A DNA stretch of 63,922 nucleotides, the filler included, from Reticulomyxa filosa (lineage: Eukaryota > Protista > Foraminifera), in the NCBI GenBank assembly GCA_000512085.1. It is 14 parts of 14 records of this genome, joined end to end, with 100 filler letters (N's around TTAATTAATTAA, not from the genome) between each part and the next. Parts side by side here need not be neighbours in the genome. Positions count along the whole stretch, not along the records: positions 1 to 11,488 come from ASPP01016911.1; positions 11,589 to 23,897 come from ASPP01033849.1; 12 more parts are not named here. One strand, 5' to 3'. A program made the translations under genes and the position numbers. This document shows, one piece after another, positions 1 through 12,112 of the stretch. Positions within the stretch are counted from its first letter, which is position 1, and every line of letters starts with the position of its first letter. The notes beneath the pieces are model-generated. The model was not told the DNA's origin and searched no databases. It saw nothing but the letters and a program-made list of their open reading frames with translations.

Positions 1-10
1 AAAAAAAAAA

Positions 11-817
11 GGTATACAAATTGGACATGCTGGACGCAAAGCGTCAACACCTTCCCCTTATTTGTACAATCACAATAAGAAATCCGTGGATGAAAAAGAA
101 CACGGATGGCCCAGTGAAGTGTGCGGACCTTCAGCAATTGCGTTTGACGATGGATGGATAGTTCCAAAGGAATTGACTGTCGAGGAAATCAAAGAAATAA
201 CCAACAACTTTGTGAAAACAGCGAAATTGGCTTTGAAAGCAGGCTTTGATTTTGTGGAAATTCATGGAGCACATGGTTATTTGATCTCTTCTTTTCTCAG
301 CTCCACATCGAACCAACGTACAGATCAGTATGGAGGCTCTTTTGAAAATCGCATCCGTCTGTTGTTGGACGTTGTCAAAAATGTAAGAGCAGTCTGGCCG
401 AAGCAAAAACCTTTAGCCGTTAGATTGTCATGTGATGAATGGTATGATAACAAAGGATGGAATATTGATGACACAGTTAAGTTAGTGCGCCATTTGATTG
501 ACTTGGGTGTTGATATGATCGACTGTTCCAGTGGTGGGAACAATCCCAAACAAAAAATTGCTATTAAACCTGGTTATCAGGTGCATTTTGCCGAAAAAGT
601 TAAAAGCACTTATGGAAATAAAGTCACGGTTGGTGCTGTCGGTTTGTTAACTGAGCCACAACAATGCAACAATATCATCAAAAATAAGCAAGCTGATGTT
701 GTGTTGTTGGCAAGGCAATTATTACGTGATCCTAACTTTGTACTGAATGCTGCTGCAGCACTTAATGCTGATATTTCACACCCTCCACAGTATCAAAGAT
801 GGTTGGGACGATTGTAA
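11..817 (+). CDS. NADH:flavin oxidoreductase / old yellow enzyme, YqjM(NamA)-like; 5'-partial last exon
   Basis: Frame opens at ~11 with GIQIGHAGRKAS. Also contains GFDFVEIHGAHGYLISSFLS, NQRTDQYGGSFENRIR, PGYQV.FAE, ARQLLRDP and a C-terminal PPQYQR (YqjM-type). Confidence 0.93.
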   Translation, partial: GIQIGHAGRKASTPSPYLYNHNKKSVDEKEHGWPSEVCGPSAIAFDDGWIVPKELTVEEIKEITNNFVKTAKLALKAGFDFVEIHGAHGYLISSFLSSTSNQRTDQYGGSFENRIRLLLDVVKNVRAVWPKQKPLAVRLSCDEWYDNKGWNIDDTVKLVRHLIDLGVDMIDCSSGGNNPKQKIAIKPGYQVHFAEKVKSTYGNKVTVGAVGLLTEPQQCNNIIKNKQADVVLLARQLLRDPNFVLNAAAALNADISHPPQYQRWLGRL

Positions 818-2433
818 TTCTTGCCATCTGTTTTTTAATTATATAAAAAAAATTACAGGCTTACTCAAGTTTTTTCCTTGTGCATGAACAGACATCTTTT
901 TTTTGGTTTAACTGGTGTTGTTTTAATTATTACCTAGAACTGGCCCCAATTGGGTACTTCGTATTTTTTCTTATATTTGTGACTTTTGTTACAAGAAATA
1001 CCTTTTCTTAAAACAGTTGGTCCATTCTCGCTTAGCATTGTAAAATAATGACTTACTTTTAGATCGAATGTCTTCTTTCAGTGGCACTATATTTTGCAAC
1101 TGTACTTCAAAAGTTTTTATTATCGAAATGAACGTGGTGTCCGTATTTATTTAACGGAAAACACAGCAATCTATTCGCTGTAAATGGAAAGAAAAAAGTT
1201 TAAATGTTATCAAAGTACTTAAAATTACCCTGTAGTAGGCCAGGCAAAATTGTGAATTTTTTTTCTTGCTCTTGCATTTATTTGGCAGTTATGTCCCTGC
1301 ATAATCTCGCTTTCGATACTTAATAATCTTTCTAAGTCTTTCCACGGCTAACGATTTAATGTTAAATCTTATTACATATCACAAAATTCAAATAAAAAAA
1401 GTGATCTTAATAAAGGAGTATTTTATAGTAATATTTTTTTTGCAAACTACTGAACGCGAAATTGCAAAATAAAGAAACGTTTCTCAAACTTTAAAAGGGA
1501 TACTATCATCATTTTTTAAAATTTATATCTACGTGATGTCAAGTTTCTGAAAAGCACAATAAAAAGATTTAAAATTTTCATCATAATATAAGTCTTCTAT
1601 GCTTAACAAAGATTTACTTTTTTCATTTGATTTTTGTAAACTTTGAAGGACCGTTATTCACTTTATTAAAAGCGAGTATCATATTTAAAAACTTCAACAT
1701 TTGTGGATATTTTTTAAAAAAATTAAGATTATTGTTTATTTTTCATGGAAAACCAATTATCTTCATAAAGTAGCATTTTAGGTGTCATATTTTTTGCAAA
1801 CTACTGCGTGGTAAAGCCAATGGTATAATTAGAACATCAAATTGCTTGTCGCTATGAAAAAGTTGTTGTTTTACTTTCTTGTTTTCATCTTCCGATTATG
1901 GATTTATGTTTTCGCTTGCTATACTGACTGTTAATATTTTTTCTTACCTGAAAGAGGCCAATCAACATCTCTTTTATACTGCGCAGCTTCAAAAACATTT
2001 TTTTTGAGATTAAATGATAAAATATATAATTTTTTTTGATCTGACTAGGCATATGTTTAAAAAACTGTATCAAATCTGTTACACAAAATTCTGCTATAGG
2101 ACATGTTTGTTCATAGAGTCCCTTTTTTATTACAAATTATTGCAAATCTGGTTATCAATAAAATATACATTTTATGTGCTAAAACAAAAAGAACTGTAAT
2201 GTATTGGACTAAACACTCCCATACGGAAGGGATTCACATAGAAATTTTGCATATAGGTTTTTTACACAATGATCCAAAATATGAGGCCGTAATATTATAT
2301 GCAGACTGAACATGGAAAAAGATAAACATGAGAATGGCAAGCAGAACAAATGCCATGAAGACGAAATTATGCACAAACACCAATAAAAATAAGACCAAGC
2401 AAAGCCGCGCGTTGACAAAAAAAAGTGACGTCA

Positions 2434-3417
2434 TCAACGCCTAGCAACACAAACAATACACAAGTCTAGTGACTCACAAGATGTACAATGATAATAAAAC
2501 TCATCAGTTTTCAGATCCTGTTTAGAACGACCACACCCCCCACAGATAATTCCAACAGTTTCATTGGCGTTTACAGGATCTAACATTCGAGTCAAAGGCG
2601 CTCCACATTCATAGCAGTCAGTTATTAATTGCAATTCGTTGACTACTGACTTTGAAATTTCACTATCGTCAATGCGATGCATACTTGCTTGACTCAACAA
2701 TCGAGGGGTTTTCATTAGAGTTTGTCCACTCAGTTCTTGTTCATAATCTCCTGATTCTGCTTTCTTTAAAGAGTAAATCTCCTCCCCCCCCCCAAAAAAA
2801 TATATACAGACCATGTCAAAAGGAGGGTTTATATAGCCCGTCACAATTTTTTTTGGGTATACCTCATCGTCATTGGTTGAAGAAAGCTGGTGGGAAAGTC
2901 GATGCAATCGAACCAATCTCTGCTGAACAAGAGAAGACTTTTCATCCAAAGTAGGTTCAAATTTTGGATAATTGTTTGGATCTATTGCTCCAATGTTAAG
3001 TAGATAATTACCCGATGATCGAATATCCTTTTTTTTTTTTGAATCCTCCTTCACCGTTTTTTTTTTTTTTTTTTGATAAAAGGAACAAAAGAAGGGGATT
3101 TTTTTCTTTTGAATGTTTTGTTCCACTAAACAAATTCTATAACGGGTGGCGACAAAGTGTCACATTCATCCAAAAAACTGTCCATACTCTCCAAGAGCTG
3201 AGCAGGAGGCTGCAGATATTCTTTGTGCAAGTGGCTTAGCTCTTTTTGCTTCTCTTGCAAAACACTCCACAAACTTCCAATTATTTCTATTAACTACTTC
3301 CCCCCTCGCATTAGCAATGTACAATACAAAGAGACAATCTTTCCAAGAGGAAAAAAGACGTTTCAAAAGTGATTGTAACTTCTTGCTTCTCTTTTTGCTC
3401 CAGACTGACCTTGACAT
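2434..3417 (-). CDS. Hypothetical multi-exon protein with C-terminal Cys-rich (ZZ-like) zinc finger
   Basis: ORFs 3166-3459 and 2434-3126 are interrupted by A/T-run intron-like blocks. The C-terminus reads CYECG...ICGGCG...YYHCTSCESLDLCIVC. Confidence 0.55.
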
Positions 3418-3762
3418 TGTGCCAATCTTCTGTGAGTGGAGGCACAATATCTTCAACAAGATTTGTCATTTTTGTATAATTTTAATTTAGTTGTTTTCCA
3501 ATAAAGGAACAGTTTTTTACTTTCTAGTCTCACCAAGCATAAAATATATAAAATTTCAATTGCAATTTGTCTCAAAAAAAAAGAAGTGGATGACTGCTTC
3601 ATTAAGAAAAATATCAAAACATAGGTTTGTGAGTATTTAGACGTGATGCTGTGACTTACCAGAAGTTTTCTGTACTTAAAGTAAAGTTTGACGCTTGCAA
3701 GGGTCCTTTCTTGTTGTATCCAAGCTGTGTTGTTTATCTTGTTCTTTCTGGCTTCTTAAAGC

Positions 3763-6209
3763 AATGACAGCTGTTGAAAAAATCAGAGATGAAGGTATCA
3801 TCTCTGAAGAAATGCAACAATTGAAACAATGGTGCGACAAACTCGGTTTGAGCCAGTGTTTTCAGGTTTTAGCAAGTGACGAAGTAAATATAGAGTCCCT
3901 AGAAAATTTGCAGACCTTAGATGAGCAAGATTTGAACCAAATCTGTACTTTGTCAAATTTGAAAGAAGAAGAAAAAAGATTATTTATGGACGCTTTGCAA
4001 AACCAAAAATTGAACAGTTTGAATAAAAATAATTTTGAAGTTTCGTGTAATTGATATTTATGGTCCATATTTGCCCTTTTTTCTTAGTAAAATTTGTCGC
4101 AACACAATCAGCTGTGGTGCGAAGGAAATGGATTTGGAAACTACTTCAAGTCGTTACTTGAGAAAGGTTTTCAAGCAAAAGACACGCTATGCGGTTTAGA
4201 AAAAGACAAAATAAAAGAGCTCGGCAAATCCATGAAAATGTCAATGGGTGTTTGTAGTAAATTTGTAGCAGCAGTGGAAGAATTGAGAAAACAGGTGACA
4301 TTCAAATCTAGATTCCACCTGAAGTGTCTTTTAATTTTCTTCTATAAACATGCCTCTTTTTTTAGAGATGCATTTTTTTTTTTTTTTTTGGTTGTGCAGA
4401 ATGTTGGAGTTGCTCAAAAATTAATGGACGAAAAAGAGATGGACACTCCAGATACATTAAAGAGATGGTGCACTCAACACAAATTTCCAGATTATGTTGC
4501 TTCGAACTTGGCCAAGCAAGGTTGTTTAACACTAGCTGATCTAAGTAAAATGCATACAAGTCAGCGTAGGTTCCAGTCTATTGTCAAACAACTTCAAATG
4601 AATAAAAAGAACCTCAACAATGTTTATTCAAGCAGTAGCAGTTTTGTTTGATTGTCTTTGTCCATTTTTTTTTCCAATCTGATCTTCCCCTCTGTGAGGG
4701 GGGATTAAAATAGAGTATGCACAATGACGTACACAATTTCAAAGAAAGAAAGTCAATCAAAGCAATAATTTTAGGAGTGACAGGAGCAGGGAAAACTAGT
4801 CTGGTCAATCTTTTATACATTTGGGGAAAAGGTGTTGGAAAAATTCAAGAGATTAATGAAGTACTTATTCCGACAAAGTATTATCACAGTCTATCACCAT
4901 CGACAGAACTTGACGCAACAAATCAAAGCAAGAGCCAAACACAAAAATGTAATGTGTATCAATTCACTCTTGTCTATGAGTCAGTCCAGTACGAATTGCA
5001 GTTAATGGACACCCCAGGTTTAGGCGATGTGGAAGGAATTGCAAAGGATGACGAACACGTACAAAATATTTTGGACACTGTTTCGAAGACACCAGAATTA
5101 AATGCAATTGTATTAATGATGAATGGAAGTGAGCCAAGAATTAGCAATCGTTTGCAATATGTGATTACAAAATTGATTGGAATTATTCCAAATATTTGCC
5201 AGCAAAACTTGGTTGTGTTGTTGTCCAATGTCAACTTACGTCCAAACTTAAATGTGGATTCTTTGTTCAATATAAAAATTCCAGCAGAACATGTGTTTTA
5301 CATGAATAATGAAATGTTTTCCATTGATCCAAAAACAGCTTCAAAACCAACCTTAGAAGAAGTAAACTTTTTGTATGACACATTGAAGAGAAAATTAAAG
5401 AAATTTTTAGACACTGCAAGTGACATGAGAATAACAAATACTAGTGAATTTCGTAAACTCAAAGAACAAAGAGACGAATTCAAAAATAAGCTTATGATTT
5501 TACAAAATCATTGTTCTGAACTGAACGAAAACAAAAAGGAACTGATAGACAAGATAGATCAAGTTAACAGTGCGCATATGCACAGAAGCCAGTTAGATGC
5601 TACCAAATTTAAAAAAATTACAAGGAAAAAATCAGTCCAAATACAAACCAGTTTCCACAACACCATTTGTGCGACATGCGACAGTAATTGTCATGAAAAT
5701 TGTGGATTGGAAGAAACAGCTGTACAAGGATCAGACATCTTCAAGAAATGTGATGCCATGTCTGGAGACCACTGCACGAAATGCGGACATAATTACAAGT
5801 CGCATGTACACCTTCGAGTAAAATGGATAAAAACTAATGTTGAACTAAAAGTAATTGCGACACTAAAGCTGAACTAATTGAGAAAGCATCGAAAGATATT
5901 GCTGCAAAAGAGGAATTGATTAAGAGTCTGCAAACCAAACTCGAAGATAATGAAAAAGAAATTTTAGAAAAGCAAGCACAAATTAAGAATTTGATTTCTG
6001 ATATGAAAAACATTTGCTCAGATTTTAATTATTCAAAAGAAATCGAGCTCTCAATTATGTTGCTGGAAGAAAAAATTGAACTTGAACAAGGCCGTAAAAA
6101 CTTTGACGTTGTTGCCGCAATCAATAGCACTTTAAAATATTTTAAAGAACTCAAAAATTTAGTCTGTGATTATGTCCAATCACAACTTCACGATAGTAGT
6201 GGCCTTTAA
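3763..6209 (+). CDS. Three SAM-like domains + TRAFAC (AIG1/septin-like) P-loop GTPase + Cys/His-rich region + coiled coil
   Basis: Phase-0 GT-AG introns 4040-4111, 4295-4399 and 4622-4713 join the ORFs in frame. Three W-initiated SAM-like units (LKQWC.., ELWCE.., LKRWC..). G1 GVTGAGKTS, G3 DTPG. HNTICATCDSNCHENC...CTKCGHNYKSHVH. One frame break at ~5850. Confidence 0.8.
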
Positions 6210-6652
6210 GATGTTGTTGGCAAATGTTTTGCACCACTAGAAATTGTTGAGTATGCAAAAATTCAAATTTAGACAAACTGGAGTGTTAACCTTGTTCACT
6301 GCAGGCTTAAATTTGCTTAAAGATATACGACATACTCGTATTACATTTATTGCAAATATATTAGCAACACTTTAAATATAGTTTGAAAGTAACTTAAATA
6401 AAATCCAAAAACAAATGCAAAAAAATGAGTAAGCACAAATAAGCAAAACACAAATATTTTCAAGTAGCTTTATGTGAAGCATTTCAATCCAAAATTATGG
6501 CTCCTTGTGCTTAAACATTGAAAACAAGGTATACGTAATTCTTTGCATACAATTTGCATCAGCTTAAACAGACAGTCAAACGCAAAGCAGGTCAAATTAT
6601 CCTTTCGCTCCCCCTTCTCATTACAAAAGAGCAACAAATCAAAGGATCTGAC

Positions 6653-7758
6653 ATGAGTAATACAATGCCACCTTTATCACCAGGCCACACAGAAAATTCG
6701 ACAAGTAGGAGTAGGGAAGTATCTCGAACGAGAAAATATGAAACAAAGTCCCTTTCTCGTTCGCGGCAAAGAAACTCAAAGCGTGAAAACAGAAAGTCAC
6801 GAAATTCACGCTCCAGATCCATGTCAAGATCTCGGTCTCGATCACGATCTCGGTCACATCATCGATCTCGAGAAAACAGACACAAAACAAGAAGCAAAGA
6901 AAAAGCCAAAGCTGTGATAAAAAAAGAAGGCCCTGAAGATGAAGGCAAGACAAAATCTAAATCACCAATCAAACAAGAGCAAAGTTTGGACAAACAAAAA
7001 AATTTTATCCTCTTTTTAAGAAAAACTTGTCAAAAAAAAAAAAAAAAAAAACAGGATCAACACAAAACGATGCGAAAATAAAAAATGAAAACAAAGAAGA
7101 TGATAAGAATGAAAAGGAAGAAGAAAAAAAAAAATTGAAGGCTGATTTTAAGCCAAGTGGTGCATTGTTGAAAGATAAACGGACACAAAAAGTATTGAAC
7201 AATGTCCGCAATGGGGTGAAATTGGAATATACAGAAGTAAGTGAGGGCTGCCTGCCAACACGTAAATGGAGATGGTATGTATTCAAAGGCAATGACGAAA
7301 TAGAGACATTACATTTGCATAGACAATCACATTATTTAATTGGTCGTGATGAGCGCGTTTGCGATATTGTATGTCGACATCCCTCTGCAAGCAAACAACA
7401 TTGTGTATTGCAATATCGCATGGTTGATGAACACGTTCCTAAAAAAAAATTGACCGATAAACAATCAATTGAAGGTGATTTTGAAGATATTGTTCGAAAA
7501 GCCCAAAAACCTTATTTGATGGATTTAAATAGCAGACATGGCACTTTTATCAACGGAATGAAACTAGATGGAATGAGGTTTTATGAATTGCTTAATAAGG
7601 ATGTCATCAAAATTGGCTTAAGTAGTCGCACTTATATTATGATGAGCGAAGATTCTGCGAAATCACAAAAGAAAAAAACTGATAATCAAAATGATGATAA
7701 TCCACAACAAACAGAACAAGCAAATGATAAATATTTAATTTGGTCTGATGATGAATAA
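6653..7758 (+). CDS. SNIP1: SNIP1/Pml1-like FHA-domain splicing factor (RES complex) with N-terminal RS region
   Basis: RS dipeptide run, then F.PSGAL, GVKLEYTE, WRWYVFK, LHRQSHYLIGRD, HPSASKQHCVLQYR, PYLMDLNSRHGTFING. Phase-1 intron 6984-7054 joins the frames. Confidence 0.9.
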
Positions 7759-8691
7759 TTTCTCACAACTGTTTTATCATCCTATTTAATTTTATTTCCT
7801 CACACCTTTTTGGAAGCAAGCGAGGATATTAAGCAATTGTTTTTTTGCCGTTTGTTACTTTTTTTTATTACTTTCTCAGCTACGATTCAAAATTTAAAAT
7901 TCAATTTGTGCCAAAAATCATATTTGATCAAAAGTAAATTTGTCATCCGTTTAAAGAGGCAAGAACAACAAATACAAAACATTTAATTAATAATAAACAA
8001 AACAAATATTTTGTTGATTTTATCTGCTCGAGTAAAAATAAGAGAACATATGGAAATACTTTTGTCAATATTTTTAAATTAGAAATTTGAGAAAGATTTA
8101 CTTAGTTTTTGATAAAACAAGCGTAACTAATATTTTCCAATTTCAAATACAATAAATTATTTTTTATAAAAAGTTTGATGTATGTGCTTATTTTTCTGGG
8201 GCCATATATATTTATATTTCAAAATTGATTTTAAACTTGTAAATTTGAAAAAACTCTTGCCATGAAGGAGATAAAATCATTTTATTTTTTTTGAGCATTT
8301 ACTACATTATATTATATACAAAAAAAGAAGTTGCTGTTTTATGTATATGCAAGACACTTTTTTTAAAATTTACAACAATTTCGTAAAAACATTGTTATAT
8401 TAAATTAGTAAGGTTGTAGCATAAAAAACAAGATATCTTCAAACTTTGTCAGGAAAAAACATAAATATTGAATTTCAGACAGAGATTTATGTTTTTAATT
8501 TCAATGTAAAGATATATCATATACAGTATCAAGGAAAAAAAGAAGCTTACGTTAGCCAATTGTAACAATTGGTCAAAATGAGAGTGTTTTGCGTGGACAA
8601 AAGGATGGATAATAAACATAGTGGCAGCTGGCTGTTGTTTTTGCCTTAAAAAAGGAATAATCTGGATTCGCTTCTATTTTTGAGATAGGTG

Positions 8692-10795
8692 ATGGGATTT
8701 GAAGGAGGCACTTGGACACAGGAGGCAAATCCTTACTGTGAGACCTTGTTGTGGGGTCATCCTCCAGAATATGTGAATGCAATAACAGCGGTATGGATAT
8801 TGTTCCTTGGAGCTTTTAATCTTTTAAAAGGTACAGAAGCGAACGTAGCGATACGTATCGGATGCATATTGATAATGTTCAATGGGATTGGGAGCATATT
8901 GAACCACGCGACATTGTATATTGGTTGGGCATTGTTTGACGAGTATACAATGATATTTGCGGTGAATTTATTCGGTTGGTTATTATTGGATATTCAGTTG
9001 TACAAATACAGTATAATCGACGGCGTGATATTTAAAAACAACACATATTGTTATTTGTTAATAAGTAACCTGATAGCATGTCTGATGTTTTTATGTGCAT
9101 TTTTGGGGATGATTTTCGACACATTGTACCACAAAGGAAGAGCAGCAATTTCCATAGCATTTGGAGTGCCAACTTTCGTATTAGTGGTAGGATTAGTTCG
9201 TGCGCGTTTCGTGACGTATACGCCAACTATTGTCGACCATCAATTTATATTGCACGATGCAGTTTCGGATCTGGACGACCCCCGTCGCGCGCGAAGTGAG
9301 CCCAACATGGTGCGACCAAGCACAGGTCACAACAGCAGCAAGAAGATTGTATATAAAATGGTGGAAAGAGGGAACAGCAAGGTCAAAAGCGCAGCTCCGG
9401 CAACTCCCCCTCCCTCGTCAAACCAAACGGAAGCACAGACGAAACAGGCGACACCACTAAAAAAAAAGGCCTCGAAATTTGGCGCAGTTTCGGGACATCA
9501 TCAAAGTGGTCACGAAGCGGTGGCTAGCAATACGCAAGAAAACATAATGGGACATGAAATTGCCAGCGATGTCCGCTATTCGATTCTCGGAGATGCCACC
9601 AATTTGGCGCCTACTCAAAGCTTGCCTTCGGCCGATGCATTCCATCCGACCTCGAGTGAGCCTACACAAGGACAGCGTCGAATTAGTGAAATTGTCATGG
9701 AGGTGGAACAGTCGATCACCGGTGGTGGAGGTGTCAATTTCGTACACCAAAATAACCCTGATCAACCTTTGGTGTCTCACATCTCACCGGTTCTCGAGGA
9801 AGGTCCCATCGCCATGATCGCTAATAAGCTTGAAGGAGTCGCCCAAGATGCACAAAATGTTATCGTACCTGGAATATCACAGGCGTCCAGAGACCAGATC
9901 GTAAACTACGATAAAATTGTTCATCATTTGACTGTCGGTTGGGTTTTTTTTTTTTTTTTTTAAATTATATTATTATTATTATTATTAATAACGTATGTGT
10001 GCACCTTTGGCAAAAACATATACAAATTTTTTTTTTTTCTTTTCTTTTTTTTTTTGGTCTTCTCCAGGTGTCGGCTTGCTGTTCATCGCTTTGATATTTT
10101 GGCTAATTACTGAAAATCCTTGTACCAGTAATCCTAATACATGGGCTCGTTATGCATTTGGACATGCCGTTTGGCATATCTTTGCAGGATATGGTTTGTG
10201 CTATTGTTTAATTTTTATATTTTTATATTTTTTTGTGATATATTTTGCACTAAGCAGTCCATACGTATGACTATACATATATCTTAAATTTTAATTTGAC
10301 GATATCAAAAAATAAAATAAAATAAAAAAAGGATTTCATACGATCGTTCAATACATAATATTCATTAATGCACTAAACAAAGACCGAGATCCCTATTTCA
10401 AAACTGTTAAATCTGGGTTTTTCCACTATTTTTATGAGATAGTTCCTTTGGTTCGATGCGGCAAAGCTCATTACGAGTTTTTCCGTGGCACAATTAATAA
10501 CTTGGATGCTTTGAAGATTCATCCTACTGTTCACGTGCAAGAGGTATCTGATAAACTGAAAAATATAGCAGTGCAAGCGCAAGACGAAATTGCAAAAGAA
10601 GCACACCAAGTACTTCTCGACATGAAAAGTGATTTCGACGAAGTTACACGACGCAATACATTGCTTAATAGTGCTGAAGAAATGAAAAAAGCACAACAAC
10701 TGGAATTGCAAAACACATCAGTCTCTAATGACCAAAAAAATAAGCCCAATCCAATAGAAACACCCAAAGAGAGCTCACCGGAGTCAGAATACTAA
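8692..10795 (+). CDS. Alkaline ceramidase (CREST superfamily) with large internal hydrophilic insertion
   Basis: YCE..., PEYVNAIT, GIGSILNHATL (SxxxH), LFDEYTM and GHAVWH motifs plus multiple TM segments. Introns 9938-10067 and 10194-10331 restore the frame to the 10795 stop. Confidence 0.85.
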
Positions 10796-11488
10796 ACTCT
10801 TGTGTATTCTTTTATTTGTTGAGTTTTGCATGTTGTTTTTGTGAATGGTTTCAAGTGTACAAAAAGTACAAATTTCGTGACTTTAAATAAGAAAAATGGA
10901 ATCTTCGATAAGATGATTGGCTTGTTGACATTACTTTCATACTCATTGATCAATTGCGATATACAGTAAAAGTTGTAAACGACCACAAAAAACTCATCAC
11001 TAAGAAGAAAGAAAAGAATTGCATATTACTTGCAAAAAAAAGTATTGTAATAATTTCATTTATACTTTTTCTTTTTTTTTTTGAAAGGGTAGTAAAAAAA
11101 AATTTTGAATTAGATGTGTGGAACAAATTAATAATATTGCTGAAAAGTTAGTTCAATGACCCGATTTAATTAACGTGATATGTATTATGTGAAGTAGTTT
11201 GCATAAAAGTAAAAGCAATCAACTAAAGCTGTTAATTGGAACAATTAGTTATATAAAACTAACAAACACTTCTAGTCAATGTGTCATTCATCAACATCTT
11301 CATCCCAATCAAGCCGTTCAAATTTTGCATCGAATACGTTTTGAGACAAGTATTTTTCCTCATACGTCATAAGGCGAAATTCTGTTCTTAAAAATGAAAA
11401 AACATTTTACAACTTTAGATATTGTGTCAATAACAATGAAATATATACATACACATATATATGGCAATATATAAACAAAAATATAATG

Positions 11489-11588
11489 NNNNNNNNNNNN
11501 NNNNNNNNNNNNNNNNNNNNNNNNNNNNNNNNTTAATTAATTAANNNNNNNNNNNNNNNNNNNNNNNNNNNNNNNNNNNNNNNNNNNN
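11489..11588. other. Artificial assembly linker N44-TTAATTAATTAA-N44 (first of 13)
   Basis: The same 100-bp pattern occurs at 11489, 23898, 28673, 30011, 31219, 32380, 33563, 36326, 38955, 41157, 57948, 59196 and 61876. The core gives stops in all six frames. Confidence 0.99.
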
Positions 11589-12112
11589 AACAACAACAAC
11601 AATAACAAGAATAGCACTCAACGTGCAACATTATGTTTGACCATTGGGGATAAAAAAGCAGATAATGACAATTCCCAATTCTTGGCGTTTCAATTGCAAG
11701 CCAAGTTCGATCAATTGCAAAAGTCACATTCAATCAATGCGCATCTTCTTTTTAAGTTCAAACGAACATTGACATGTGCTTTGCAAATTTACGTGTGAGA
11801 AAAGAAAGATAATTCTTTTTTGTGTACATCCTTGCACAATTGATTCAAGTATATTTGTTTTGTTTCAATCAAGAACTGCTTTTTAAAAAGCTTTTGTGAT
11901 TTTTTTTTTTAATTTTCATGAATACTTAAACAAAGCAGATAACACTCCTTTGTGAAAGATACACTGAAAAAAAAAAAAACAAATCAATCCATTCAATAAA
12001 TTTTGTTGAAAAAATCACGAAACCAATTGATAAGAAAATTTTTTTTTTTGCATACAACCATATTAAGGTTCAAGTTAGTTATACCCCACAAATAAATTGA
12101 ACATTTGTTTCC

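Noticed and set aside
806-817. C-terminal GRL of the old yellow enzyme as a peroxisomal PTS1
   Set aside because: Gly at -3 is outside the standard [SAC][KRH][LM] consensus; insufficient support.
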